From Lophium mytilinum (taxonomy: Eukaryota): DNA of 64,000 nucleotides. The notes below the pieces were generated by a model, which saw only the letters and a program-made list of their open reading frames with translations, was not told the DNA's origin and did not search any database. Of the stretch, positions 25,783 through 39,462 are shown piece after piece (the first letter of the stretch is position 1; each line of letters starts with the position of its first letter). The translations under genes and the position numbers were made by a program. The DNA lies in contig MU004182.1 in NCBI GenBank assembly GCA_010093605.1, positions 2,341,195-2,405,194 on the forward strand, written 5' to 3'.

Positions 25783-27208
25783 AACCATAGCGGAGTGTCT
25801 CACGGGACACACATTCCATTCTCTCCATGCAACTACAGTCAAGCAACCTTTCAAGGATAACGAAGTCCCATCAACGGAACATTCATGGGCTTTCGATGCT
25901 GGAACAATAGTGTCTGAAATCGGCACTTGTTCCGTCGAATCGATCGGTCTGGTTTCAAGCACAGGGGCTCAACTCTCCTTTCGATATCTGACACAACATG
26001 GTGCAGGAAGCTGAGGTCATCCCAGGCGTCTCGCTGTGTCCTTCCAGGAACGACGACCCTGAAATGCCCACCAACTCTTCAGTCCAAGTAACTGTTGCAA
26101 CTTGTTTTCTTACATTCAGCAAAGTGTCGAGGTCGATGGCGATGCGGCTGTAATAGCGACGATGCAGAGAGGAGGTTTTCAGAATGTCGACAATGCCCCT
26201 TCAATGGCCGCTAATAGTCCGCCTATGGTCTTCAATCTCGGAACAGGGGCTACTCAAGTAGGCTGCCCGAGTGGCACACTTATCTTTTTCGGAAACTCTG
26301 TTCGGGTATGGTCTGTTCGGCTTTTATTGCTTTTTGTCTTTTCCTTTCCCATTGTCGGGACTATGCTGCTCTTTCTACCAGACTGAATACACTTTACTGA
26401 AAACCCAGTGTCTCTCTCATTGCCTCAAGTGACTGCATAACGTGAGGACCCCCTTCACCTTCGTGCGTGTTGTCGATTCATGTCCTGAATTCGTGAGACT
26501 TCATATCGAACCATGAGACAGACTAGGGAATTGATGTCAAGCAATGCTACGGGGAGCGAGTCCGGTTCTTGAGCTATCAGTGAGGTTCTAAGCAACAGTA
26601 AGAAGATGTTGAAATGTACAAGATCCCCAGTCCTTGTCACTTTATTCTCCGCTGTTCCTCACTACCTGGGGACACGTCTCGATACTATCATCCACTGAAG
26701 ATCTCAAGCGGGTTTACTAAGGCATAGGCACTTGGGCAGCAGTTAGCGTATTCACACATCTTCAATCTCTCTATTAGCCTCCAAGTTTGTTTTGTTCTAC
26801 ACGCATCTTTGTACGCTTGCGCTATGTAAGTACTTAATGTGCTCGATAGTACCAAGGTTTGGGGGCCTCATTGGTCTAAAGCACTAGGGCGGTTTCAAGA
26901 TTCGAGATCCCAAAGTTTTGGAGCGGCGCACACAAGCCCTGGATCACGCTCGCTGAGCCCGTGCTTCATTCAGGCTGTAGGACTATGTAAACTTTGAGGG
27001 GTTGATGATGGGAGCTACGCCAACGTTCAGGGGTTAGAGCAGAACGACATCATAAGCTTCAGCAAAGCATAAGCACATCAGCAAGGAAGGCGAGGTATTG
27101 TAGAACCCCTGGCAATTCCATTAAAGAGCATCTCAATCGCCACTCAGCACCACGCTCCTACGCTAAAAGCTCAATTATCTCTCATCCATACCAGCCAGGA
27201 AATTTCAC

Positions 27209-29766
27209 TCAAAGCTTCCGCCTCCTAAATCTAAACCCCGTCTCCTCCCCATTCGCCGTCTCACTCCTCACCTTCTTGAGCGGCGGCGCATTCCCAGCCA
27301 CCGACCCAGCCGGCCTCTTCCCCTTCTGCACCGGCTGCTCCCGCCGCACTTCTCTCACCGGCTCCGCCGGGGAGTCCCGTCCCATACTATCCACCACCAC
27401 ATCTGACATATGCGCATCTAGATCGTCTCCAGGGTCCTGCTGCGCCGCCTCGGCCGCCCTCTTCGCCAGAATCGCCTGCCGCCGCTTCAAGATCGGCGCA
27501 GTCGACGCATCCGGGTCCTCGTCCACCCTCCCCAGCCTCTGCCTGCCCTCCGACCGACCCGAGCGGCCCGAGCGCTGCGAATCCCGCACCTGCTCAGACC
27601 GGGAGCTCGACTCGAGGTAGTCTTCACCTACGGGGCCGCGGGCGCGCTCACGCGAGACCTCCTCCAAGGGCACAAAGACCTTCTGCGGGGCACGCAGATT
27701 CCCATCTGCAAGCCTGTTCCTGCGGAAGCCCTTGAAGTTCTTCCGCCCGTTCCAGCGTGCGTCCCAGCGCGGGTCTATGGCCGCTTCTCGGCGGTTGCTG
27801 CGCTCAGCGCGTGCTGGGAGCTCCATCTCCTCGATGTGGGCCAGCCCTCGCAGTTCGGAGATGTCGACGCCCTCCATCGCGTTGCGGAGAGCTTCTGCGT
27901 CTTTCCGGGCGGCTTCTTGCTCGGCTTCTTGGCGAACACGCGCGAGTTCGACAAGGTTGAGGTCTTTTTCTTTCTCCGAGGCTTTCTTTTTCGCTTTTTT
28001 GAGCTCCTCGTAGACTTGTTTGGCGGTTCCTTTTGGTTTGTTGGTGCTTGCGTTCCCGGCGCTTTCTGGCTCGGGAGATTTCGAGGGAGAGTTGCGCGTA
28101 CGAGCGGCGTCAATACGGCGTCTTTTGATGGCTGCGGCGGCAGGGAAGAGAGCGTCGATTTGATTGGAGTCTTGCATCTCAGAGTCTGAGGGGGGAGAGC
28201 GGCGTTTACGACTTTGAGTCTTCAATTGGGTGCCTCCAGCCTGTGTATCTACAGCTTGGGAATCACGAGCCTGGCTCTTTTCAGGAATCTCGGATAGCAA
28301 CGAGTCACTAGCTACGGGTTGCGATTTGGTAGGGACGAAATCGTCGAAGTCGTCGAAGCGGCTGGTGGTGATTGCGCGGCGAGCTCGACGTCTGCTTGCA
28401 ACTGGTTTCGGTGACTCTGGTAGATTTGAGGGTATTTCCGATTGTAGTTGACTTGTGGGGGAAGTATTTACGTTGGGCGTTCTTGCTGGTAAGGTGTTAG
28501 GGTTTTCGAAGCTTTAACGAAGAGCTAGCAATTAGAATAGTAGAAAATCCCACTTACCTGATCTCGAAGGCTTTGGCATACTTGAAGGAACTTCGCTTTC
28601 GGGCAGTGGCCGCCTTAGCTCGCTGGCTTTGTTCATCGTAATAGCATCCAAGAATTCGTTTTGCTGCATTGATCGTTGATTAAGAGCCAGGTCAACGCTG
28701 CTCATGAATTCTGTAGCCCACAAGTCGTCATCCTGGGTTGTATATCGGATGACAACAACACCTTTCTCACTTTTGCCTGGGCCAAATTCGCCAATCCCCT
28801 TGTTTCCAGTTGTGGACCTCACAAACTCCTCAAACTCCCCCACAGTGGTTTGACCGTGTTGTAAAGGGAATAGGAGCGCCTTCCCACCTCCACTGTTGAC
28901 CGCGTTTGACAGGTTCTCGTACTGTCTCTCGTCGCAGAATATGAATGTATATCCACCAAACATGTCTGCTCTGTTCGGATCCGGTTTGAATAAGTCGGCC
29001 GGTCGCGCAACCGGCTCCTGGCCTACTGGGGGGATATATTCGGATTCTTTAGGCCAGTTGCCCTCAAAATCTAATTCAAATGGGGAGGGTATGTAGTTGT
29101 TCGGGTCAGCATTTTGGGCTGTCGTCGCCGCAATGACTGCATTCACGAAGCTACTTGTCACAATATGTCTGGCGTTTAAGAGAGCTAGGAGGCATTTGGG
29201 TGTATTGCGTTTGACTGTAACGACGTGGGTTGTAGTGTTGAAGACGTATTCCATGGACGTCTTCATATCGAGAGCCTCCGCTTGAGACGCGAGAGTCTTC
29301 ACATCTTTTTTGGAGATCGCAAATGTAAAGACAACCGGCTGCCATTTGATCCTATATCCAAGGTCAACCTTACAAGACAGACACGCAGAGAAGAACATGT
29401 CACTAACCTGAGGAGCTCCCCCCAGCTACCAAGCTGTATTGTGTGCTCGGTTTTTGTCAAGGTAATCGTCTCGCCCTTGATCTTCGCCGCACCGTCTATA
29501 GAGGTACCAAATTTGGAACTCTCGATGATGTTGACTTTCGAGCGTGAGTGGAGCTGTGTCCCTTCTCCTATCGCGACCGCTGATACAGTAATGGTGATGT
29601 GCTTTCGCGACACCCGCTTGTCGTCAATGAACCGGATGTTGTTGGTGCCGTCGCCATTCTCTTTTCCCTGAGGCGGCCTTGTGCGACCGAAAATCTGCTG
29701 CGTGCCGGGCTTCAGCCAGACCTTCTTGCCGCCGAAGAGGTTGCCATCGTGCTCCAGAATCCACAT
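27209..29766 (-). CDS. NBS1: Nbs1/Xrs2 (nibrin) subunit of the MRN complex
   Basis: N-terminal FHA domain (FGR...VSRKH...SKFGT), tandem BRCT region (TTHVV...KCLLALL...IV; FGGYTFIF...GGGKA), Mre11-binding KNFKGFRR motif and C-terminal acidic + FRF Tel1/ATM-binding tail; two introns. Confidence 0.9.
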
Positions 29767-30077
29767 GGCGGCGTGGTGGTGTAGTGGTGAGGGTGATGTT
29801 GAAGCTTGGGCCGGAGATCCATGCGCGTTCCCGTTCAGGCCAGCCTTACTAGCGTGGAATGCGCTGTCACGTGATACAGATTAGAGGCGGGGGCTTTCAC
29901 AAACACCGACGTTTGGTCGACGTTTGAGAAGTCATTGATGGGCTTTCCTAGGTGGAGAGGTTTAGCTATTGAGGTGCTACCCTATTCACTTCCGACAATC
30001 CTCTCTTAGAGTCCAGCAAACGCCAACAAATGCTTTCACAACTGATGGGTATCAAACAATAACCAGACTCCCAACCC

Positions 30078-31106
30078 TCAATCCATATCATCTAAAGTTG
30101 AGCTCTGGGGTATCTTCACCTCGCTCTCTGCAACCATTATTCCTACCAGACATTCACCCAACATGTTCTCCCAATTCACCCAGGGGTGCACCTCCATGAA
30201 CAGCTTCCCACCATCTTTGCCCGCGGCCCGTCTAAGCTCCCCTTCTCCGCCAGGGTGGAAGGGGAGATACGGTGTGATATTATATACCTTGCCCTGATAC
30301 GATGACCAGGCCGGCCGTCCTTTCCTACCATTATTATACTTGAGCTGCGTCGGTGTGACTCGGACCAGCGACGAAACCCCAGACAGATTGTTCCCAGACT
30401 TCTGCATATTCGCCCAGTCCAGCGGGGAGTGTCCCGGTGTGAGTTGAACTTTATTTCGCTGATTTGGTGTCTTTATAGGAGCGGAAGGGGCTAGCCCGAG
30501 GCTGTTGGAGGCGGGCATCCCTCTGTTAGGGAGTGGCCCTCTCGAGGGGATTCGCAGTGAGTTTGTAGTCGTAGGTAAGGCGCGGAGATTTGATGCCGCG
30601 ACGCGGGGAGGAGGCGCCATGAATTGTGAAGGCTTAGCCGGAGGAATTGCCATCGAGGGCTTAGGTGGCGGCGGGCCCATCGCGGGAGGTTTGACGGAAG
30701 CTCTCTGGGCAGAGTTCACAGCAGGAAAAGAAGGAGGTGGTGCTGTGTCTTCCTCGTCTTCTTCGTCGGAGTCCTCGTCTGCATCGAGGGAGAATGAGGG
30801 TACCGGTGGAGCATTTGCAACCACGGGGATGGCTTTTGGGGTAGTCTGCGGAGATGGGGCAGAGTCGACTCCATTTGCTGTCTCCCTTATCGCAGCGTGT
30901 GATGGTGTAACATGACCCTTCGACACCTCTTGTGCAACCGTCGTCTCATCTGAAGACTCCCTCGAGATCTGTGTCTGTGAAGGGGGGTCGGACAGCTGTC
31001 CCCGACGTGGGGTTATGATGAAGGGCCATAGCGGCCATGACGGCGGAGGATGGCGATAGAAGAGTATAGTGAGGGATATAATGAAGGCCGTGACTCCCAC
31101 GAGCAT
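30078..31106 (-). CDS. Cytochrome b5-like heme/steroid-binding protein (Irc21-like)
   Basis: N-terminal hydrophobic segment, Pro-rich linker, then KVQLTPGHSPLDWA, KVYNITPYLPFHPGG and EVHPWVN with both heme His residues. Confidence 0.85.
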   Translation of the reverse strand: MLVGVTAFIISLTILFYRHPPPSWPLWPFIITPRRGQLSDPPSQTQISRESSDETTVAQEVSKGHVTPSHAAIRETANGVDSAPSPQTTPKAIPVVANAPPVPSFSLDADEDSDEEDEEDTAPPPSFPAVNSAQRASVKPPAMGPPPPKPSMAIPPAKPSQFMAPPPRVAASNLRALPTTTNSLRIPSRGPLPNRGMPASNSLGLAPSAPIKTPNQRNKVQLTPGHSPLDWANMQKSGNNLSGVSSLVRVTPTQLKYNNGRKGRPAWSSYQGKVYNITPYLPFHPGGEGELRRAAGKDGGKLFMEVHPWVNWENMLGECLVGIMVAESEVKIPQSSTLDDMD

Positions 31107-31474
31107 GGCTTGGAACTGAGTTGAGGTGGTTGAGGTGGTGAGTAATAATTGGAATGCTGCAGGGGCGTTCACGTGGGGCTAGATTAGCTCTAATCTGTAC
31201 GCAGAGCCGCGGTCGCGGGGTTCTAGAGCCTCCCGAGTTTTAGGCGTCACCACCAATTCACATGGCGCATCAGCTGCCGGCTGCCTTTTTACTTTTCAAG
31301 GTTCCGGTCACCCAAGTCTGCCTAGGGAGCGCCTTGGTGCACTGCCAGGCCGTCCGTCGTATTCTTTCATAAGTAGCCTTATCACCTTCAGGTCATAAAA
31401 GCCACCCACCTACCGTACCTTCCTTATATACACCCCCCCCCAGCCTGCCCACCACCTTCCTCGAATCGCCAAGG

Positions 31475-33251
31475 ATGACACTGGAGACTTCCCAGCTGCC
31501 CGAGGGCATCTTCTCCCTGCTGGACACGTGAGTAAAAGCGCAAACAGGCACAATTCTGAACATGCAGCTAATATGGCGGGGTACTTAGGGACCTGTATAA
31601 GCTCACTATGCAATGTCAGTTTGTTACGGAACCATAGAATGTTTGCGACATTGCTGATATAAATGCTAGGCTGTGTGCTGAAATACTTCCCAGATGTTGG
31701 TCAGTGCCTGCAGAACGTCGAGGCTGTACTTGGGACTAATCAATCATAGCCGTCACATATAGCTTCACGAATCGGACACCGGATATGAAGCTCAACAGGG
31801 CAGCTTTTAATTGGCTACAGGCCCAGGTAGACAGTGATTCTACCCCACATTATATACTAAGGTGCTCTACTAACCTCCAATAGAGCTGGCTGATGTATCA
31901 GTCTCGGAAGACGAGCTCCAATTCCTTCGAACTAGTTGCACCTACCTCAGCCCGCAGTACCTGCATTTCCTCTCGACCTTTCGGTTAAGACCATCGAAGC
32001 AGACCAAACTATCTTTCAGTCCAATCGGCGGCGCCGGGGGAGACGACGAGATCGGGGATGTCACAATCCACACCGAGGGGCTTTGGGTGGAAACGATCCT
32101 CTACGAGATTCCACTGCTCGCTTTAATCAGCGAAGCTTACTTCAAGTTCTGCGACCGTGACTGGACCTATGCCGGACAAGTCGACAAAGCTCATCAGAAG
32201 GGTGTACAGCTCCTCGAGCCGGGCTGCATTTTCTCCGAGTTTGGAAGCCGGCGGCGGCGCGACTATCATACGCAAGACTTGGTAATTCAAGGCTTACGAC
32301 AGGCGCAAGACGACGCCAACCATAACGGCTGGAAGGGGAAGCTCACCGGCACGAGTAATGTCCACTTCGCCATGAAACACGGACTGACGCCAATTGGAAC
32401 TGTTGCCCACGAGTGGTTCATGGGCGTGGCAGCAATTACAAACGACTACGAAAACGCGAATGAAATTGCGCTGCGGTATTGGGTAGCTACCTTTGGAGAG
32501 GGCGTATGTGATCCTATTAAGCCTTACTCCCTCCACTTCATTGCTGACTGTTTAGGTGCTCGGCATTGCCTTGACGGACACATACGGTACTCCTGCGTTC
32601 TTGAGAGCCTTCAAGAAAAAGATTCCCTCTTTCACAACGGCAACTCCGGGGCCAGCTACCACTCTTCCATCGACAAATACAGACTCACTCGCTACGACAG
32701 AGGCGCCAGTTAGCGCGCCGGTAGAACACAGCTCGACAGGAAAGCCGGAGTCAAAGACGTATGCACAGGTATTCACCGGTGTGCGCCAAGACTCAGGGGA
32801 CCCCCTAAACTTCATCAAGATGATGCGCGAATTTTATGACGAGGAGGGCATCAAAGAGAAGAAGTTGATTGTTTTCTCCGACTCCCTCAATGTCGACCTC
32901 TGCTTGAAGTACAAGGCGGCGGCCGAGGCACAAGGGCTGCAGCCAACGTTTGGCGTGGGGACCTTCTTGACCAGTAAGATTAGTGCTTCGATTTTGTCGT
33001 ATAAATACTAATCCGATCTAGATGACTTTGTGCAACAGTCGACGGGCAAGAAGTCGGTGCCGCTGAACATCGTGATCAAGATTGCGTCTGCTTCGGGTAG
33101 AGCGGCGGTAAAGATCAGCGACAACATCGGCAAGAACACGGGCGACAAGGCTACAGTTGCGGATGTGAAGCGGCGACTAGGCTACGAGGAGAAAGACTGG
33201 GCCGGAGGCGACGAGAAGACGCGATGGGGCAAGGCGGGCGAGACGACATGA
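31475..33251 (+). CDS. NPT1: Nicotinate phosphoribosyltransferase
   Basis: Spliced SLLDT|DLYKLTMQ, SFTNRT, ETILYEIPLLALISE, SEFGSRRR, GTSNV, GTVAHEW, ALTDTYGT, GVRQDSGDP, FSDSL, FGVGT and KISDNIGKNTGD; about six short introns. Confidence 0.95.
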
Positions 33252-33950
33252 AATACATATCGGTTGTCAGAGGGTCTCTGGTAGAGGCAGGCGTCTACGG
33301 TCTAGATATCCATTTCTGCAGCAAGGCGTCAGCATAGAGCAGCCGCCTATTACCACATTCGGATGAGGTGTAATCGAAAGTCGACGCGTTCATGTGTTGC
33401 GTGGCTGCGTGCGAGCTGTGGCGCAGACTGAGTGTTGCGTGCAGCAGTGAATATCTCCTGGCAGTGCATCGTCGATTCGCGTCTGCCTTCACATGTTGGC
33501 GTCCTTATTCGTGGATTACAGCTGCGTCGCCTTCTATCCGTATGTGGGGTAGTAAGCGGTGGTGGAGAGAAGGTGGTGAAGGCAAAAGAGCGACGGCCGC
33601 AGCTGAATATTAATAGCACAGACGCTACATAAGCAATCTTGACCCTAGCGACAGCCAACAAACCCCAGCTCGACGCGCTATCTGCCGCCGCGGTTAGCCT
33701 CGCACTGCATTGGGCTTCGCGACGCTGTAGCGTGTGGTCAGCTCTCTTCAGCCCCATTAGAGACCCCATATTGTGCCCTCAGCCTCAGTCTTTTCCACTC
33801 CATTTGATACCCAGAGTCCTCGCAGCTCTCCACCCTCCCTCTCTCCTATACCATTGACCTGACTCCGCGTCGCGCCCATTGCACTCTGCCGTCCATATTG
33901 TTTCAGGAGTCAGCGTTGCACATACCACACACGAGTCTCGTTTCAGCGCC

Positions 33951-35170
33951 ATGAGTGTAAGCGCTCCTCTTTGTTGCGTGCCTAAACCTTCCTCTCCGCT
34001 CTCACTCACCACGTCCTGCCTTCCTCTTGCTAACCACTGCTATGGCGCAACAGTACAGCAACGGCGGATACAGCCAGGTTGGCGGCTACGGCAACAACAA
34101 CCCCTATGATGAGCGCGGCGACGACCGACAAACGGGCAGGTACAACAACTTTGCCCAGGGCAGATACGATGAGCGTACGTTCCCGTCCACTACAAACATC
34201 CCGCTACTCGATACAAGTCTAACGAAACACCACAATAGAGTCCGACGTCGAGATGCAGCCCTACAACGGAGCCGGCGTTGACCCCAATGCCATTCTCAAC
34301 GACTGCCGCGAGGTTGACCGCTCCCTCGACCAGATCAACTCCCAATTAGACAACCTCGAGCGGGCCTTTAAGCAGTCCATATCGCGCCCTGATCAGTCGA
34401 CGAACGAGGTCACTTCTCTGAGCTCCCAGGTCATGACTGGATACCGCGCTCTCGTCACCCGTGTGAAGAACATCAAGTCGAAGCCTGAGTCTGGCAGCCC
34501 CCGCAATGCCCCCCAGGTTGGTCGTGTGGACAGGCGCCTCAAGCAGACCATCAACCGCTACCAGACCATGGAGGCCGACTTCCGAAGGGACTCTCAAGCT
34601 GCCGCAGAGCGACAGTACAGAATCGTGAAGCCAGAAGCCACTGAGGCCGAGGTTCGCGAAGCGTGCGAGAACCCTGACACTCCTATCTTCCAACAAGCTG
34701 TAAGTCTCCAACTGCAACCATATGTGGCGCGTCTCTAACGTTTTACTGCAGCTCCTCAGTTCTGACCGACGCGGCCAAGCGCAATCGAGCCTGCGCAATG
34801 TCAAGGAGCGCCACGAGGCTATCCAGAAGATCGAGCGCCAGATGGTGGAGCTGGCCCAGCTGTTCACCGACCTCGACCAGATCGTCACGGAGCAGGAGCC
34901 TATGGTTATGAACATTGAACAAAAGGGCGAGGAGGTCCACGAGAATGTGCTAAAGGGAAACGAGGAGATTGGTGGTGCCATTGTAAAGGCAAGGAGCCGT
35001 AACCGCAAGAAGTGGTGGTGCCTCCTCATCGTCAGTCAGTACTTCCCAGCTCTCATGGCAGCAATGGCTGCTATACTATCAAGCAACCCACTAATAATCG
35101 CTCAGTCCTCATCATCATCATCATTGCTGTTGTGGTCGGCGTTGTGGTTGCCATCAACAAGAAGAACTGA
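33951..35170 (+). CDS. SSO1: Plasma-membrane syntaxin t-SNARE (Sso1/Sso2 family)
   Basis: RQYRIVKPEATEAEV, IFQQA|LLSSDRRGQA, ERHEAIQKIERQMVELAQLFTDL and ARSRNRKKWWCL followed by a C-terminal TM. Likely 6-nt first exon (ATGAGT) then intron 33957-34053. Confidence 0.93.
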
Positions 35171-36811
35171 GCTTCCCAGCCTAACCGCCATGATCGATTA
35201 CCTGCTCCGAGTCAAACACTTCCTCTACGAGCCGCTACAAAAGTTTAATACAGCAGCTATGAATTAGCTGCGCACCCCACCAAGATATCTCCTTACGACC
35301 ACTCGATTCCACATCCACCATTGCCACCATATCTTTTTAGTATCAGCAAGGCGGGTCCGGTCTTTTGTACAGTACATCCGGGTGGATATGCGTCTCTGTC
35401 CCCTCTTCCTCGGCCTCTTTCCTTGCTTCTAAGCTGTCATTTTGCCGTCTGTTTTCTTACGTTTCGCTAAGGGAGGTTGTTGGAAAATTGAAATCCATGT
35501 CAGCCTCTGTGGCCTACCCTTTTCCGCTTCTGGATGGAGTCTGTTTTTGGTACCAGCCCTCATGTGCTACTTGCTGGGGCGGGTGCATTGGAGCGCATGT
35601 TATCTGTAGGCTTGCTCAAATCGAGTTTGTTGCTTTCTTGATTTGACCAGACTTGCGGCTCGCCTTGTCAGCGGTTTGATGAGGGTCCACTGAATGGGTC
35701 CTGTTCACCGGAATCGTGAAATTTGAATGTTTGATTGCACGGGCGTTGGCCAGGGGCGGCTCGGGCTGTAAGCGGTATGAGGAATGCCGATCAATATGCG
35801 GAGCTTGGCGAGCAACGGCCGCTATTTGGTAGCATTTGCGATTGACTAATACTCCATACTCACTTCTTGGTTTTGCTACTGACCTTTCATAGACAGATCT
35901 ATGCTGCCTCTGTTAAGGTATTACACATACTCCCTACATCTCTCCCCTGATGTCAAACTCGGATTACCTGACGGTAACTGCCTGGGTGTCGATGCCAACG
36001 GCGGCGTCCTCACCATCTCCGTAGTCCTATGCTCTCCTTAGATCGAAATTTTGTCACTTCCGAGGGTCTTCCACTATTCAAATGTACTTGATTCAACGAT
36101 ATGACTATCAGGGGCAGAACTACCTACACGATTCCACGTCAAATTGTACTCGACTCCTCCGAAACCCGTACGTCGAGACAAAGCTCCCTTTCCCATGGAC
36201 TTTCTTCCCATGGACTTCTTTCTCAAGGATTTCTTTTCATGGCCTCGTCCAGTAACGAAAGACTATCAAGTCTGCTGGTCAGATATGGTTCCCTTACAAG
36301 CTACCTCTTCTGTAGCCGAGTCCCTACCCCTTCGTCGAAGCTCTCCGCCGCTCATCTCTCATCTGTATGACTGTTATTTGGTCGGTTGGACGATTCAGTC
36401 CGCACCGAGAAACACGCGTCACACGTACTAGTTCTCATTCGACATCCACCTCAAATCTTCGCTTCGGTCCGTCTTGTGGCTTTGCACACGTGCCAAATCA
36501 TCAGTGGACACTCGCGATTTTGGCAAACCTGTAAAGCCGCTGGAGTGCTTCCGGGCAGGCCATGTCAGGAGTGTAAATGATATTGCCTTCAAGAACCCCG
36601 AGATCTGGCGTGCGAATTATACGTGCTGTTCAGCTAGATAACGCGAGCAGAAGCCCCCCCCCCCCCATGGAGCCACGAAAATGAGGATGCAATGTAACTT
36701 TTCAACTGCTCGTTTGTAAATCCAACCTCCGGACCGCACTCACACAACCGCAAGCCCCCCGTCGCATCTGCATCACCAACCCAAAACCAACCACCCAAAT
36801 CAACATCCCAC

Positions 36812-38558
36812 CTAATACCCCTTCGGCGGATGCGCCCCATCCGGAACCTCCACCCCCGTATCATACACCGTCCTCTTCACCAAACTCCCCCACGTCCTCA
36901 CAATCTCCGGCAGCACCGTCCGCCCCGCATAGCACGCCTTGGTATCCGGCACCGGCAACGGCACCGACGCATTCTTACTATTGAAGAGCCCGGGATACGA
37001 CGTATTAAAAAACATCTCCGCGAACGCCGGCGTCCCCGTCCACGGCCGCACCTGCTCACGCACCTTATCCGCCACGAACTTATACACATTCGCGCCGACG
37101 TCCCAGCGGCCGAGCGTGTGGAGGCCCCAATTGGCCTCGACGGTCGCGATCTCGGAGTAGTGGTTGTAGTAGGTTGCGTCGGTCGTGCCGGCGAGGTGGG
37201 CGGGGACGGCGTCGCCGACGAGGATGCCCAGGATGCGGTTCTGGATGGTGTAGGTGTGGTTTTCGTCAAAGGTGATGAGGACGAGGGTGTTTTGCATGAA
37301 GTGTGGGTTGGTGAGGAGCGGGTCGAGGAAGGTGCGGACCCAGCTGCCCGCGGTCGTGACCGAGGTGTCGTGGCCGTCCGAGGTCATGTTGGGCGTGATG
37401 AACATCCATTGGGGGAGTTTGTTGGCGGCGAGATCGGTGGCGAAGGTGGTGAGATTTTTGATGTGTGCGAGCCGGGTCGGGTTGGTGGTGACGGAGTTGT
37501 AGAGGATGGCGGGGTTGTGCTTGCGCACGTAGTCGTTCTGAGTTTGTCAGTATATCTTGTCATAAAGCATGGAGAGCACGAGGTAAACATACCGCGCCGG
37601 TTTGTTGGTTGACGTAGGCCATGCCTTCGAAGCCGGTGTAGGGCATGTCTTCTTGGTACTCGCCCCAGCTAATGCCGCGGGCTTCGAGCAGGTCGACGAC
37701 GGTGGATATGTTGGAGGGGAAGGCGTTGAAGTTGTCATTACTAGGACTTGTGAGTAGGTGTACATATGGGATGAGAAACAGTATCTCGTTTCAAGTCTGC
37801 GTGCTGTTTGTGAGGACCATAAGAAATCGAAAATAAGGGGCCTCTATCCAGTACGATGGTTTTGATACCTTGTCTAGATTCTGAAAAAGTGTAGAAGCAC
37901 CGCGAGCAGTGGACCAAGTGTATAGAGACCGACTGTTACAACAGCGTACTGCAAAAGTCTATGCACACGCGTCTACTACTGCTTGGTGCTACTTTTTGAT
38001 TATAGATGCTATCATCCATAATAGCCCTACGCAGTAGCTGATCAATCATAAGGACCTGTGAGTCGGCCAAGGTGATTGTCGAATCTTTTATATCCTCTTC
38101 AAGGTTTTGAAAAGGCATCGAAGCGAACGAGGAGTGATGACAAAGGAGGGCACGTAGACTTATGGAAAAATTAGAATTTAAGAAAGTGACTTACTCCATG
38201 CCGAAGTAGTCGCCACTGATAGCTGCAGCATAATTGGGCTCGCTGGGGTGAGTAACCGCAAAGGCATTGGATAGCGTGATGCCCTTTTGGGCAAAGTATG
38301 CAAGGTTGGCTACGCAGGCATTAGCTGGTTGTGTGCAAGACACGGCGTGATCTTACGGTCTCCTTTGGCTGTGTCGTAGTCCGTGTTCTCCAACCAAATG
38401 ATGGCAATACGGTCGAAAGCCTTGCCCTTTACATGACTGACAGGACTTAACGTCTTCGCCGTGGCAGCAGCGGCAGCTACATCGGCAGCTCCAGTTGCTG
38501 TGTTCTGTGCCGCTACAGTACCCACGAGCAGGAAGAAAGCAAGCTCAGAGATATGCAT
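36812..38558 (-). CDS. Secreted acid phosphatase, phosphoesterase family (PhoA-like)
   Basis: Signal peptide MHISELAFFLLVGTVAA, VKGKAFDRIAIIWLENTDY, AVTHPSEPNY, WGEYQEDMPY, YVRKHNP, FITPNMTSDGHDT, TFDEN and YNHYSEIATVEANW; introns include a 454-bp one at 37741-38194. Confidence 0.92.
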
Positions 38559-39462
38559 ATTATTGAACGAAAAGAGTGACAAGGCCAGGGTGCCAGATGA
38601 TGCAGAGAACACCGGCAGACCACATGGTTTTTAAGCACTGCCGTGTAGAAGCCATTTGCGATGGCATAGGCTGGGGTCAACGCAGTGTGAGGTCTTGCAG
38701 ACTGCTAAGCTCACTCCGAGGGCCCTCCAGCGAGCAGGTTCCACGAGCCGACATGGTGATTGGCGTAAAGACTGTCCTTGTGGTAGAGTTCCTGGCAGGT
38801 GGGCAATATATTTTCTTTGCACGAGCTCCCAGCTCTTGATTTGATTGGCGACTCTTGCCACCTCCCTGATGGAGCGTAGATCATATCGGCTATTAGGAAT
38901 CGGTAACAGGGTAAGCAGGTGGAGAGAGGGTCGAGTTCCTCGCACAGATCGGGGCGGTGATTTTCCTTGAAGGTTGTTGGAGAAAAAGCTTGTCCTACGA
39001 AGAGTCGGCCAGATCCTGATACCTCAATGATCCCGCCAAGATAACTTCAAAAGCAGCATACAAAGCGGCGAGCGTCGTTTGTCTTTTTTCACATAGCTGG
39101 ACATGCTCTATAAGGTCAATCGATATCCGACCCTGATTTGTGGTTGGCGGGAGATGGAAGAGCTAGACCCTAAGGACGGCTGGCGTCACCACACCGAAGC
39201 TTGTGCCTCCTGGCGGCAAGCTTATTCCAAGGGTGCTTCTCCCTCTCGGTGGCCACACATCATGCACGTGTTGGCTTCGCAAATCGCACATCGCGCTTGA
39301 ACGGGTAGGTCGGCGCGCTGGCTTGGATGCTGTCTACGCGTCAGCCCTATTCTTCTTCTTCTGCTCTGCGGACCCTCATTGTCGTTAGAAGCAGTCTTAC
39401 CACGAACCTCCGCAGACCTGCTGCCGTTGCTCTCGTCTTCATGTCCTAATCACACGTCGAGT

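Noticed and set aside
36830..37612. 260-aa plus-strand Arg/Gly-rich ORF opposite the acid phosphatase; similar ORFs at 45040-45774 and 16882-17637
   Set aside because: Antisense to well-supported genes and explained by GC-rich third positions.
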